DNA of 64,000 nucleotides from positions 40,744 through 104,743 of the forward strand of contig RDOA01000008.1 of NCBI GenBank assembly GCA_011364925.1, in the 5' to 3' direction. Of this stretch, positions 20,431 to 30,344 are shown piece by piece. The translations under genes were made by a program, and so were the position numbers. Position 1 is the stretch's first letter. The number at the start of each line of letters is the position of its first letter. The notes under the pieces were generated by a model. That model had not been told where the DNA came from and searched no databases. It saw only the letters and a program-made list of their open reading frames with translations. The DNA comes from Promethearchaeota archaeon (GTDB taxonomy: Archaea; Asgardarchaeota; Lokiarchaeia; Sigyniarchaeales; SOKP01).

Positions 20431-20658
20431 ATGTTATTTTTAAACTTCCAAATCGATGGTTTTCAAGTTCCTTCAATGACTATTTGGGTCTTAGCATGGG
20501 TTTTTCTTGTTATTGGATTCTTTTCATTAGCAATATTAATCATTTATACAAAATATGGAAGAGAATTATCAATTAGGCTCTCAATTATCTCTATTATCAT
20601 TTCAGCTATTTTATTAGGATTTGCGTTCCATTTCTTCCTCATCACATTTGGAATATAA
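20431..20658 (+). CDS. Ost5/TMEM258-like 2-TM oligosaccharyltransferase subunit
   Basis: 75 aa; VFLVIGFF...TKYGR...LLGFAFHFFLITFGI resembles the recalled TMEM258 pattern. Confidence 0.65.
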   Translation: MLFLNFQIDGFQVPSMTIWVLAWVFLVIGFFSLAILIIYTKYGRELSIRLSIISIIISAILLGFAFHFFLITFGI

Positions 20659-20844
20659 TTTTGAGTTTTTATCTGCTAAAATATAGTACCTATCTTCTCC
20701 AGTTCCGTGCGTGCTACTCTGTCGCTGGAGCTTTTCTTCACAAAAATTAATTAAAATGATGATAAAAATTTATAAAAGAAGGATGAATTTTTCTCTTAAT
20801 TTAATAATTTAATAAAATTCTATTCAATAAGAAGGAGAAGATAA

Positions 20845-21294
20845 ATGTTATTTCAGATAATTAATATTGGTGATCCTTTATTTTTCGTTTTGTGGTTAAT
20901 CTTAGCAACGGTGATAGTATTTCTCATTATGTACATTGCTGTTCTTGTGGTAGTTTCAAAAACTAAAGCGCGAGACAAGTGGTTTTTAATTCTGCTATTG
21001 GCCTTTATAGCTGTTTTAGTGCTTCCCATTATCGTAGGAGCAATTATGTGGGTCTTAAATTTATTAGGCGAAGGATTAGCAGCTTTGAGAAATGCCATTG
21101 AGCCAGGTGCAGGACATAACTATTTACAGCTTTTTGCACCGATTATATTCTTTCTTTTGCTATTAGCTTTAACTAAATTCTTGCTGGGCATTTCTTGGGA
21201 GCACGCATTGTGGGTATCGCTATTAACATTATTCATTTTGTATATTATTTACTCTCTAATTCCAGAATTGTATGGTTTTATCCAATTCGGATAA
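20845..21294 (+). CDS. Membrane protein (about 4 TM), unknown function
   Basis: Highly hydrophobic 149 aa; AAGGAG upstream. Confidence 0.75.
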   Translation: MLFQIINIGDPLFFVLWLILATVIVFLIMYIAVLVVVSKTKARDKWFLILLLAFIAVLVLPIIVGAIMWVLNLLGEGLAALRNAIEPGAGHNYLQLFAPIIFFLLLLALTKFLLGISWEHALWVSLLTLFILYIIYSLIPELYGFIQFG

Positions 21295-21380
21295 TATAGA
21301 GATTAAATTATACTTTTTTTTCTTTTTTTGAAAAAATGGTGTCTTGTAGTAAAATAAAAATTAAAATTTTAAAAAGAATA

Positions 21381-24300
21381 CTATATTTTTTCTTTCAATT
21401 TAAGTCTAGGAGCTAATCCAAGAGACATCATTTCTTGAAGTAAAAGCTTAAAGGCATAAGAACATACAACCTTCGATATCACGGTCCCTTCTCCACATAC
21501 TGGGCAATATCTCTTGTCTCTATTTCGATCGTACACTGCTAAAAGCCCACATTTTTCACATACTAAAATAACCGTTCGATCTGACTCATCAAGTAGTCTT
21601 TCCTTTAATAACAGAGCCGACCCATGACCTACTAAACAATCTCTTTCCATTTCACCGAATCGTAAGCCCCCTTCTCTTGCTCTACCTTCTGTCGGTTGCC
21701 TTGTCAAAATCTGAACTGGTCCTCTCGCTCTTGCGTGCAGTTTATCCGCTACAAGATGGTATAATTTCTGATAATAGATTGGAGCGCAATAAATTCCTGC
21801 TTCGTATTTTTTTCCAGTAATCCCGTTATACATTACTTCTCTGCCGTTAAATTCAAAACCTGCTTCCACCAATTGGTCTTGAAGTTTTGTGATATCTTTC
21901 CACTCGAACGCAGTGGCATCGCCTAATTTACCAGTTGTACATGCTATTTTGCCACTGATCCCTTCAAATAATTGACCCAAAGTCATTCTTGATGGCATGG
22001 CGTGGGGATTTACTATAATATCCGGAATTACTCCATTTGAAGTGAACGGCATGTCTTCTGCTGGTTGAACGAGACCAAGTACTCCCTTTTGGCCGTGTCG
22101 AGAAGAAAATTTGTCTCCTAACTCTGGAATTCTCAAATCTCTAACTTTAATTTTAACTAATTTGTTCCCATCAACAGTTTCTGAAATGATCACAGTATCT
22201 ACTATTCCTTTTTCGTTATGTCGCATATTCTTTGAAGTTTCGCGTCTATTCGGTTGCATCAATTCAAATTCTTCGTAAGATTTAATGAACCGAGGCGGAG
22301 ATGTTCGACCAATAAGTACATCACCTCCATTAACAGCGGTTTCAGGTTCAATAATACCGTCTTCTTCAGATAATAACCTATACGATTCAGCAGATTTGAA
22401 TCCTCTCACACCTCTCTCAGGAATCTCGAATTTATCCAATTCTCCTCCGGGATACTTTCTTTCTTCAGCATCATAAGTTCTAAAGAAGTGACTACGCGCT
22501 AATCCGCGTTCTATAGAAGCTTTGTTTATTATAATTGCATCTTCAATGTTATATCCTTCGTAACTCATCATTCCAATTACAAAATTTTGACCCGCTGGTC
22601 GCCGATTGATTCCAATTATCTCCATTGGACTTGTTTTCACTAAAGGCTGTTGAGGATAATGGAGTGTGTGGCCACGAGTATCAAGCCTTAAATGCATATT
22701 TGCAGCAAACAGACCTAGTGCTTGCTTAACCATCCCTGCTTCATAAGTATTTCGGGGAGACTGATTGTGTTCTGGAAATGGAATAATCGAAGCACATATT
22801 CCAAGAATTGCTGCTGGAGATATTTCAAGATGAGTGTGTTCTGCAGTAATTTCCTCTTCAAACATAGCAATGAACGCGTTTTCTTCTTCTTCAGCATCCA
22901 GATATTCTATAACACCTTTTTGGATTAAATCTGACCAGTTATATTTACCTTGTTTAAGTTTCTCAATATCTTCATTTGTGATAAGGAGTTGTTGGTTTTT
23001 GATGATAAATAATGGTCTGGTCGCTCTTCCAGCATCACAATTTATTTGAATTTCTCTTGAATCGTGATAATAACCAATATTAACGTGTTGACCAATTTCA
23101 CCTTTACGTCTCTTCTCTCGTAGCTGATTAGTGAAGGGATTGTATTTTTGATGAATTCCGACTAATTTACCATTAAGGAAGACATTTACTTTTTCTCCTC
23201 TTACGTTTTTCACTTCGTTAATAGGTATTACGCCCAGATCGATTAATATATTCTCGATAACCCTTTCGTCAGCACCAACAGAGATAATAGACGCTAATCC
23301 TAAGTTTTTAACTAACCCACAATTAGGTCCTTCTGGAGTTTCTGCTGGGCAAATCTTGCCCCATTGAGTAGGATGTAAATCTCTTGCTTCAAAATGAGGT
23401 TGACTTCGGCTTAATGGAGATATTACTCTTCTTAAATGGCTTAATGTTCCGACGTGATTTGTTCTATTTAACAATTGACTAACGCCCGCTTTACCACCGA
23501 CCCAATTTCCTGTTGCTAACGCGTGTCTTATTCTTTCTGTTATTACATCTGCTCTCACAGCGGTTTTTATATTTGGAGCTCTACCTCGAACAGCGGTACG
23601 TTCTAGCTGGTATTTTATGTCTTTTACAAGATTCAAAAACGCAACTCTGAAAAGAGATGTAAATAATTCACCAGCTAATTTCAACCTTTTATTAGCGTAA
23701 TGATCTTTATCATCCGGCTCTCGAAAACCTAGCGCAAGTTCCATAACCTTCTGAGCCATTTGGCCTAGATAATAAGCTTTTTTAATTCGGTCCTCCTCAG
23801 CGTTTCCAACGTGAGGTAATAAGTATCGATCTAAGACTTGAAGTGCTCTTCTAATACGATAATCTTTTGTCTGTCCTATTGCCACCCTTTTACCGATGTA
23901 ATCTAAAGAGTTCTGTTGAGATTTTTCTGGATCTTTTAAAACTTGAATTTCTGAAGCGACATCTATAACTGGAATTAATTCTTTTTGAATATCTTCGTTT
24001 TCAGAGATTGCTTCAAAAATTTCCTTATCAGAGTGCAATCCAAGAGCTCGCATCAAGATAGCTAAGGGAATTTTACCGGGAACTGACGGAAACGATACTC
24101 TTAGATTTCCATCTTTCTTTCTTTCAATTGTAACTGGTGCACGAAAACCACTTCTAGTAGAAAACACCTTAGCTTGATGAGTTGCACTGGAACTTCGACT
24201 AGCTTCTTCTGCAAGAATTCTATTAGGAGCTAAATCCTCTTGTGTTACTAACACTCTTTCTGTTCCATTGATGATAAAATATCCACCAGGATCAAGCGGA

Positions 24301-24752
24301 TCTTCTCCTCGATTAATTAGTTCTTGTTCAGATAAGCTTTCCAGAGGGCAACGACAGCTTTTCAGCATGATTGGGATTTTACCAATATATATATCAAGAG
24401 TCTCTTCTGCTTCCTCCCTCTGAGTTCTTTCATCAATGGTAATAGGAGTCATTTCTAAAGTTATATCAGCAGCATAACTTAATTCGCGAATTCTAGCTTC
24501 AATGGGCGTAATTTCCATTGTAGCACCGTCAGCTTCTCTAACTTTTGGAACTCCTACTTTAATCTTACCAAAATTAATTTTAAATCCGGGAATATCAGGT
24601 ATGACTTCACCAGACTCATCAACTATGCTTTGCATCTCCTCTTCAATAAAATTATTATAAGAGTCGAGGTGTTGGCGTACTAAACCTTTTTCATCAAATA
24701 AGCTTTTTAAAACAACCCACTTATCGCTGTTAGATAATTTGTCAGAACTCAA
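21381..24752 (-). CDS. rpoB: DNA-directed RNA polymerase subunit B (Rpo2), unsplit
   Basis: GGYFIINGTERV, CPAETPEG, GDKFSSRHGQKG, GGLRFGEMERD; 1123 aa; TTG start. Confidence 0.99.
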   Translation of the reverse strand: MSSDKLSNSDKWVVLKSLFDEKGLVRQHLDSYNNFIEEEMQSIVDESGEVIPDIPGFKINFGKIKVGVPKVREADGATMEITPIEARIRELSYAADITLEMTPITIDERTQREEAEETLDIYIGKIPIMLKSCRCPLESLSEQELINRGEDPLDPGGYFIINGTERVLVTQEDLAPNRILAEEASRSSSATHQAKVFSTRSGFRAPVTIERKKDGNLRVSFPSVPGKIPLAILMRALGLHSDKEIFEAISENEDIQKELIPVIDVASEIQVLKDPEKSQQNSLDYIGKRVAIGQTKDYRIRRALQVLDRYLLPHVGNAEEDRIKKAYYLGQMAQKVMELALGFREPDDKDHYANKRLKLAGELFTSLFRVAFLNLVKDIKYQLERTAVRGRAPNIKTAVRADVITERIRHALATGNWVGGKAGVSQLLNRTNHVGTLSHLRRVISPLSRSQPHFEARDLHPTQWGKICPAETPEGPNCGLVKNLGLASIISVGADERVIENILIDLGVIPINEVKNVRGEKVNVFLNGKLVGIHQKYNPFTNQLREKRRKGEIGQHVNIGYYHDSREIQINCDAGRATRPLFIIKNQQLLITNEDIEKLKQGKYNWSDLIQKGVIEYLDAEEEENAFIAMFEEEITAEHTHLEISPAAILGICASIIPFPEHNQSPRNTYEAGMVKQALGLFAANMHLRLDTRGHTLHYPQQPLVKTSPMEIIGINRRPAGQNFVIGMMSYEGYNIEDAIIINKASIERGLARSHFFRTYDAEERKYPGGELDKFEIPERGVRGFKSAESYRLLSEEDGIIEPETAVNGGDVLIGRTSPPRFIKSYEEFELMQPNRRETSKNMRHNEKGIVDTVIISETVDGNKLVKIKVRDLRIPELGDKFSSRHGQKGVLGLVQPAEDMPFTSNGVIPDIIVNPHAMPSRMTLGQLFEGISGKIACTTGKLGDATAFEWKDITKLQDQLVEAGFEFNGREVMYNGITGKKYEAGIYCAPIYYQKLYHLVADKLHARARGPVQILTRQPTEGRAREGGLRFGEMERDCLVGHGSALLLKERLLDESDRTVILVCEKCGLLAVYDRNRDKRYCPVCGEGTVISKVVCSYAFKLLLQEMMSLGLAPRLKLKEKI

Positions 24753-24798
24753 TTTTAATTAACCTATTGTTATATTAGTTTTAGATAAAAAACACTCA

Positions 24799-25056
24799 CT
24801 ATACTTTTTCTTTTTTGACATAACGATAGTAATCTATAAATTTTACAGTGGTATGAGATTCCCGAACAATTCTTACAATATCTCCCTCTTTTGCACCAAT
24901 CGCTATAGAAACTGGGTCCTTCTCAAAAATCTGAGGCAAATCGGAAATATTTATCTGATATTTTTCTAATAAATTTTGAGATTGTTCTTTAGTTAGAAGA
25001 TAATGTTTAGGGACTAGTTCATGGAGTAGAACATCAATTTTCCTTTTTTTAGTCAA
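24799..25056 (-). CDS. rpoH: RNA polymerase subunit H (Rpo5)
   Basis: HELVPKH, LPQIFEKDPV, GDIVRIVRES, YRYV. Confidence 0.97.
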   Translation of the reverse strand: MTKKRKIDVLLHELVPKHYLLTKEQSQNLLEKYQINISDLPQIFEKDPVSIAIGAKEGDIVRIVRESHTTVKFIDYYRYVKKEKV

Positions 25057-25169
25057 AAAAAATCCTCTTTCCTCGCTAGTTATTTCAAAAAATATTCTAT
25101 TTCTAAAAAATTTTACTATTTAAAAAATAGCTAATCACCTTTATTTTAGATACCTACACCTAAAAATCT

Positions 25170-25808
25170 TTATTTTGTCGTCAAACAAAAAATCCAGTAC
25201 CCTGACCTTTTAAAAGTCACTTCAATTGTTTCGTATAAATCTGAAAAATGTGTTGTTAAATAGTTTTGAATGTACTCAGCTCCCATCTTCCTTTTTATGA
25301 CGAATTGGAACTGCCCCTTCGATTTTAAATGTCGAGGAACATCTTCACATAATTTGAGAAATTCTTGTCTCCCTTTACGTAAGGGAGGATTCATATATAC
25401 CCCGTCAAATTTAATACTTTTATTCTCAAACGGTTTAAAATAGCTTCCTTGTAAAAGTATGGTTTTGCCAATTCTCTCTGATAAATTAAACCTAATATTC
25501 TCCTTTGCACACCAAAGAGCTCTTTTATTAATATCGGTGAAATACACTGTGCTTTTAGGCTTTAAGTATGCTAATACAATCCCAATCGCACCATATCCAC
25601 AACCCAAGTCAAGTAGAATAGATCCTTGTTCTGGAATTTTCATGTGTTCTATGAAGACTTTAGTTCCTAAATCCAGTTGTTTGAATGAAAATATTCCTGT
25701 AACTGTTTTAAAGAAAAATAGGTGATGCTTTAAACTTTCAGAGACAGAGTATACTCTTACTCTGACATCTGGAAATTGAGTTGAGTAATGTTGATTCTTC
25801 TTCTCCAT
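25170..25808 (-). CDS. Class I SAM-dependent methyltransferase (RsmC/MTS-like); likely start ATG 25808
   Basis: GIFS...DLGT, LDLGCGYGAIG, MNPPLRKG. Confidence 0.88.
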   Translation of the reverse strand: MEKKNQHYSTQFPDVRVRVYSVSESLKHHLFFFKTVTGIFSFKQLDLGTKVFIEHMKIPEQGSILLDLGCGYGAIGIVLAYLKPKSTVYFTDINKRALWCAKENIRFNLSERIGKTILLQGSYFKPFENKSIKFDGVYMNPPLRKGRQEFLKLCEDVPRHLKSKGQFQFVIKRKMGAEYIQNYLTTHFSDLYETIEVTFKRSGYWIFCLTTK

Positions 25809-25824
25809 ATCATTTAGTTTTTCC

Positions 25825-26835
25825 TTAATTTTTTTTGATTTCATCCCATCTAGGATATGTTCCACGTTCCATAAAGACTTTATTGGTTTTAGCTACAATC
25901 CCTGACTTTGCTTTATAAATCTTCATGGCATTCATTTTTGAGATCCCAAAACCTATTAATTCTTTTTTAAGAGTCATATAGACAACTTGTAAATCTGGTT
26001 TAATCCTTGCATCAATATAGCATACTCCTGCAGAAGCTAAATCTGCACCATGGCATAATGCATCAACTGCTGTATCTCTTACATAGATTTTAGGCAAATG
26101 AGAAACCATTTTTTCCATAGGTGAAATGATCTTTCTCAAATAATACTCCTCTCCCTCAAATCTATATAAAGAATAAGAATCCTTTAAATTTTGAAGGGTA
26201 ATTAAACTGTTATCTTCTTTAAAATGTCCAACTCTAGTTCTCCTAAGTTCTAACATGTGAGCGCCTGAGCATAGCGCTTCACCAATGTCAAAACATAACT
26301 TTCGAATGTAGGTCCCCGCTTCACATCCAACTTTAAATAAGATGTGATTATTATTCACTTCAAGGACGCTCGCATAGTAAATTTCCCTAATTCTTAATTT
26401 TCTTACTACTGATGATTTAATAGGAGGCGTTTGATAAATTTTCCCCGTAAATAATTTAAATGCTTTTTCTATCTTTTTTAATGTCATGGGAGCGTGCAAA
26501 TACATAACTCCAACATACTCTTTACCTGCATCTAGTAAAGCAGATAAAACTCGAGTAGCTTTACCTAGTGCGCAAGGGAGAATTCCCGTTACCTTTGGAT
26601 CCAACGTACCTCCATGCCCTACATTATCAATTTCTAATATTTTACGTGCCCAAGATACTACTTCATGACTTGTTGGTCCCCTAGGTTTATCTAAATTTAT
26701 AACGCCGTACTTTAAGAGATCTTCAATATCCCTGTTATTAGGGTCACACCCATAATCTTTATTTGTCGTATCTTGTGATTTTACTATTAGTTGTTCTGGT
26801 TCATCAGAGGGTAGTTTATATTCTGATTTGGACAT
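25825..26835 (-). CDS. cbf5: H/ACA RNP pseudouridine synthase Cbf5 (TruB family) with PUA domain
   Basis: DKPRGPTSHEV, GHGGTLDPKVTG, CEAGTYIRKLC, ELRRTR. Confidence 0.96.
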   Translation of the reverse strand: MSKSEYKLPSDEPEQLIVKSQDTTNKDYGCDPNNRDIEDLLKYGVINLDKPRGPTSHEVVSWARKILEIDNVGHGGTLDPKVTGILPCALGKATRVLSALLDAGKEYVGVMYLHAPMTLKKIEKAFKLFTGKIYQTPPIKSSVVRKLRIREIYYASVLEVNNNHILFKVGCEAGTYIRKLCFDIGEALCSGAHMLELRRTRVGHFKEDNSLITLQNLKDSYSLYRFEGEEYYLRKIISPMEKMVSHLPKIYVRDTAVDALCHGADLASAGVCYIDARIKPDLQVVYMTLKKELIGFGISKMNAMKIYKAKSGIVAKTNKVFMERGTYPRWDEIKKN

Positions 26836-26981
26836 TTGGCTTAATTTGAAAAGAATTTTATTATAGGTTGTTAATTTTTTGCAAAATTAATTTCTATCGT
26901 TCTAATGATCAAAATTTTTAAAATTGAAAATCTTCAATCATAAAAAATGATCGCAAGTAATATCCCGAGAATAGATAAATG

Positions 26982-27085
26982 CGGGCCATGTGGGAATTTC
27001 GCATTGCTTCATAACGAAAAAATGTATCGAACCCACGACCTTCAGGTTAAAAGCCTGCTGCGCTACCTGCCTGCGCTAATGGCCC
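26982..27085 (-). tRNA. tRNA-Lys(UUU) with 30-nt intron at T-loop position 59/60 (intron 26996-27025)
   Basis: Acceptor GGGCCAT/ATGGCCC, anticodon arm CAGG-CTTTTAA-CCTG, T-stem GTGGG/CCCAC; insertion forms a strict bulge-helix-bulge. Confidence 0.93.
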
Positions 27086-27239
27086 GGAAAATCACCCTTG
27101 AGAGCGTTTATTAATCAAGGGAGATTGAATTTATAAATATATTTTTTGATAATCGTCAATTTAACTTAAATTTTATCTTTTCTTGTGATCTTCTATAAAT
27201 CTATAATAGATTCGAAGATAGAATCTTCAACTCAAGTTG

Positions 27240-27803
27240 CTACTTCACTATTAAATTGGAAAACTTAACAGCAAAATCTTTAATTTGTGTCCAGTCTCGA
27301 AAATCGTGTAATCTGCCTTCAGGATCCATCACTCCATATTCATTTTTCATAATTCCGATTACTATTTTCCTTGTTATGCCAGTAATTGCCGATTCATTAG
27401 TTAAATCGTAAACTCCTCCAAACGCATCAATTAGGGCAGGCATCAATCCAATATCTTCTAACTTTAATGTAATATATTTATTTATCGCGGTCTTTATTTT
27501 GGTTTGCTCTGAAGCTTCTCCACAGCATACGTAGAATCCTAAATTATCCTGTATTTTATTTAATTCAGATTTTCTTTTATTAACAAAATTCTTCATAGAT
27601 TTTGTCCATCGTCCCATCATAATTCCTGTACCCAGAAGAACACCATCATAATCTTTTAACGGAGGAATTTTCTTTGAAGGATATTCTTTTAAATCATAAC
27701 TTTCAGTTACTATACCCTTCGCTTTAATAATCTTTTCAATTTCATCCGAAATCCCTCTAGTCGTTCCATATCTCGTTCCGTATAAAACTAATGCTTTACT
27801 CAT
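27240..27803 (-). CDS. Flavodoxin-domain protein (HemG-like)
   Basis: LVLYGTRYGTTRGI, YDGVLLG, FGGVYD, DFRDWTQI. Confidence 0.85.
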   Translation of the reverse strand: MSKALVLYGTRYGTTRGISDEIEKIIKAKGIVTESYDLKEYPSKKIPPLKDYDGVLLGTGIMMGRWTKSMKNFVNKRKSELNKIQDNLGFYVCCGEASEQTKIKTAINKYITLKLEDIGLMPALIDAFGGVYDLTNESAITGITRKIVIGIMKNEYGVMDPEGRLHDFRDWTQIKDFAVKFSNLIVK

Positions 27804-27914
27804 TAAATTCCTTCTCTCAATTATAAGATTTTAAATTTATTCCTTAAATTCTAATATTCTTAGTAATATTTAACTAATTTGAGTAACCTACTGGTTCAAA
27901 ATAAAATTTAGAAA

Positions 27915-28931
27915 TTATTCAAAATGTTGATAACCATGAATTTTTAATTCTTCTCTTTTGTCTTCCTTGCAAAGATACACCTTTTCTTCAGATATTGCTT
28001 TTCCAACCCTTATTAATGTCCCACCATGAGAATTTACCAGAACTTTAGCTTCTTCGTAATCTTCGGGATGAACTGTAAACAAATGAATAAACTCCTCACC
28101 TCCATTTACAATTAGCTTTTCTAAAGATATATTAAATTCAAGTGAATACTTGAACGCCTCCGAATCTATTAAATTTTCATCAAATTCAATTTCAAAACCT
28201 ATGCCCTTATTTGATAACATTAAATCTCGCAAAGATTTGACTAAACCATCTGATGAGTCAATACTAGCGCTAGCTAAACATCTATCTGATAAAAGATAAG
28301 ATTCTAATTCTGATATCTTTGGCTCTAAAACGCTCATTATTGCCCGATTATATTTAGAATATTCTTCAACCCTTCCCTTTCTCTCAAGAAGGATATCGAA
28401 TCCTACACTTGTTAAGCCGAATTTTTTATTTATTATCAGAATATCCCCTTTATTAATCCCCTTTCGATAAATAATCTTTTCTGGATTCTTAAACCCAAAA
28501 ACAGTAGGATTAATAATTACTTCTTTTGATTTATTAAGATCTCCTCCAAGATACTGCAAATTCCATTTATTAGAATATTCAATAATGCCTCTAATTAATT
28601 CTTTAAATTCCGATACTAGTAGTTTAGGAGGTAAACCTAATGATATAATAATTCCTATTGGTTTTACACCCTTTACCACTAAATCACTAATATTCATGAG
28701 AACAGATTTTCGTCCCATCTGATAAAAATTCATTTGTTTGGGAGCGTCAGTTGTCGCATTAAACATATCTGAGTTTAGGACGAGTACATCTTTATCTTTT
28801 CCGTCATCAAGGTGAAAAAAGAAGGAATCATCTCTAATTAATTGTTTACCTGTTATTTCAATAATTTTTTCTTCTATGAGGTGGATTAACTTTACTTCTC
28901 CTAATGAATTAATGGGAATATTTTCATTCAT
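27915..28931 (-). CDS. thiL: Thiamine-monophosphate kinase
   Basis: GEVKLI, NISDL, LGGDLN, IDSSDGL, GGEEF. Confidence 0.9.
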   Translation of the reverse strand: MNENIPINSLGEVKLIHLIEEKIIEITGKQLIRDDSFFFHLDDGKDKDVLVLNSDMFNATTDAPKQMNFYQMGRKSVLMNISDLVVKGVKPIGIIISLGLPPKLLVSEFKELIRGIIEYSNKWNLQYLGGDLNKSKEVIINPTVFGFKNPEKIIYRKGINKGDILIINKKFGLTSVGFDILLERKGRVEEYSKYNRAIMSVLEPKISELESYLLSDRCLASASIDSSDGLVKSLRDLMLSNKGIGFEIEFDENLIDSEAFKYSLEFNISLEKLIVNGGEEFIHLFTVHPEDYEEAKVLVNSHGGTLIRVGKAISEEKVYLCKEDKREELKIHGYQHFE

Positions 28932-28982
28932 GAGAAAATTTTATAATTTTTTGAGATTTATCTTTATTATATTCAATTATAA

Positions 28983-29054
28983 GCCTCTGTGGCTTAGCGG
29001 TAGAGCAACAGATTCGTAATCTGTAGATCGGGGGTTCAAATCCCCCCAGAGGCT
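28983..29054 (+). tRNA. tRNA-Thr(CGU), intronless
   Basis: GCCTCTG/CAGAGGC acceptor; ACAGA-TTCGTAA-TCTGT anticodon arm; GGGGG-TTCAAAT-CCCCC T-arm. Confidence 0.96.
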
Positions 29055-29058
29055 CTAT

Positions 29059-30084
29059 TTAAACCTCTTGTGTTTCTATATATTTTTTTATAATTTGAAG
29101 AGCGAGCATTCTAAAAGCGTCATTTATGTTCTCTCCTGTCTTTGCGGATGTTTCAAGATAAGTTAATTTTAATTTCTGCGATAAGGCTTCTCCTTCTTCC
29201 GTTGAAACAACTCGTTCTTCTTTTAAATCTATCTTATTTCCTACTAAAATAAGGACAATGTTAGGAGAAGCCTTCATAATCTCACTATACCAATTTATGT
29301 CTATGTTTTCAAAACTTTCTCGATTAGTTACATCGTAGACTAAAATTCCCGCTTCAGCATTTGCTAAGTATGACATTCTAACCCGTTTAAATTGAGCTTG
29401 CCCCGCTAAGTCCCATATCACAAACCTAACAGTGCTTTCAAGCTCTTTGAAAGAACATTCCTTTTTCATGATCGATGTTCCAATCGTAGATTTATAATCT
29501 TTTGCAAAAACATTTTCTACATATCGATGTACCATACTCGTTTTTCCCACCGCTCCATCTCCACCGAGAATCAATTTAAAAGCGTATTCTTTAGATTTGA
29601 CTTTAACTTGTTGAACTCTATCTACTTTTCGTTGGATTTGAGAACCTCCAGAATTTATTACTAATTTTGGGATGACGGGACTCACAGTTCTTCCGTCAAA
29701 GATTCGTGATATTTTTTCAGCTGCTAAATAGGCATAAGGGAAAACCTCATCTACTCCAGATAAAGAATCTAAAACCGTAACAAGAACAGCTTCGGGTCCT
29801 GACTCGCAGAATATGAACCTATAATCTTCGGTATCAAAAGTACCCGTTCCAAATGAGCCGGAACTAAATTCTTCGGTAATCCTAGATAAAACTGGCTCAA
29901 CCAAAGCACTTACCCCTCCAATAATCTCTTCATTTAATGAATTCTCTGAAGAGCCAATTAAAGAGTCCATAATTAAACCATCCCGGTTTACGACGAGGAC
30001 TGCGATTAAATCCTCACCTAAACTCTGTTTATACCATTGGAGTAAGGCTTTTAACTTTTTTGTGTCAATCGACATCTTTTTCAA
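29059..30084 (-). CDS. Roadblock/LC7 domain fused to C-terminal Rab-like GTPase
   Basis: AVLVVNRDGLIMDS roadblock N-terminus; GDGAVGKTS, WDLAGQ, GNKID, ETSAK. Confidence 0.9.
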   Translation of the reverse strand: MKKMSIDTKKLKALLQWYKQSLGEDLIAVLVVNRDGLIMDSLIGSSENSLNEEIIGGVSALVEPVLSRITEEFSSGSFGTGTFDTEDYRFIFCESGPEAVLVTVLDSLSGVDEVFPYAYLAAEKISRIFDGRTVSPVIPKLVINSGGSQIQRKVDRVQQVKVKSKEYAFKLILGGDGAVGKTSMVHRYVENVFAKDYKSTIGTSIMKKECSFKELESTVRFVIWDLAGQAQFKRVRMSYLANAEAGILVYDVTNRESFENIDINWYSEIMKASPNIVLILVGNKIDLKEERVVSTEEGEALSQKLKLTYLETSAKTGENINDAFRMLALQIIKKYIETQEV

Positions 30085-30344
30085 GTTCTTTTTTCTAAGG
30101 TCATCATATTCTAATCATACCAATTATATTAATATTTAAAACTTATGAATAAAAATTTTGTTAAATATTTACAACCAAAGCAAGTGTTATTTTCATCTCT
30201 TAATTTCAGTATCTAACTTACTTCACTATTTTCTAGTCAAAAAACCAAAGCTATAAAAAAAAAAATTTTTAACGATTTTATTCTTTAATGCTATTAAGTT
30301 CGAGAAGATAATTAAATTATCATCTGCTTTTCCTTAGATTAGTT

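Noticed and set aside
25825-26835. Crenarchaeal-type intron in cbf5
   Set aside because: Reading frame is continuous through the N-terminal motifs and catalytic GTLDP
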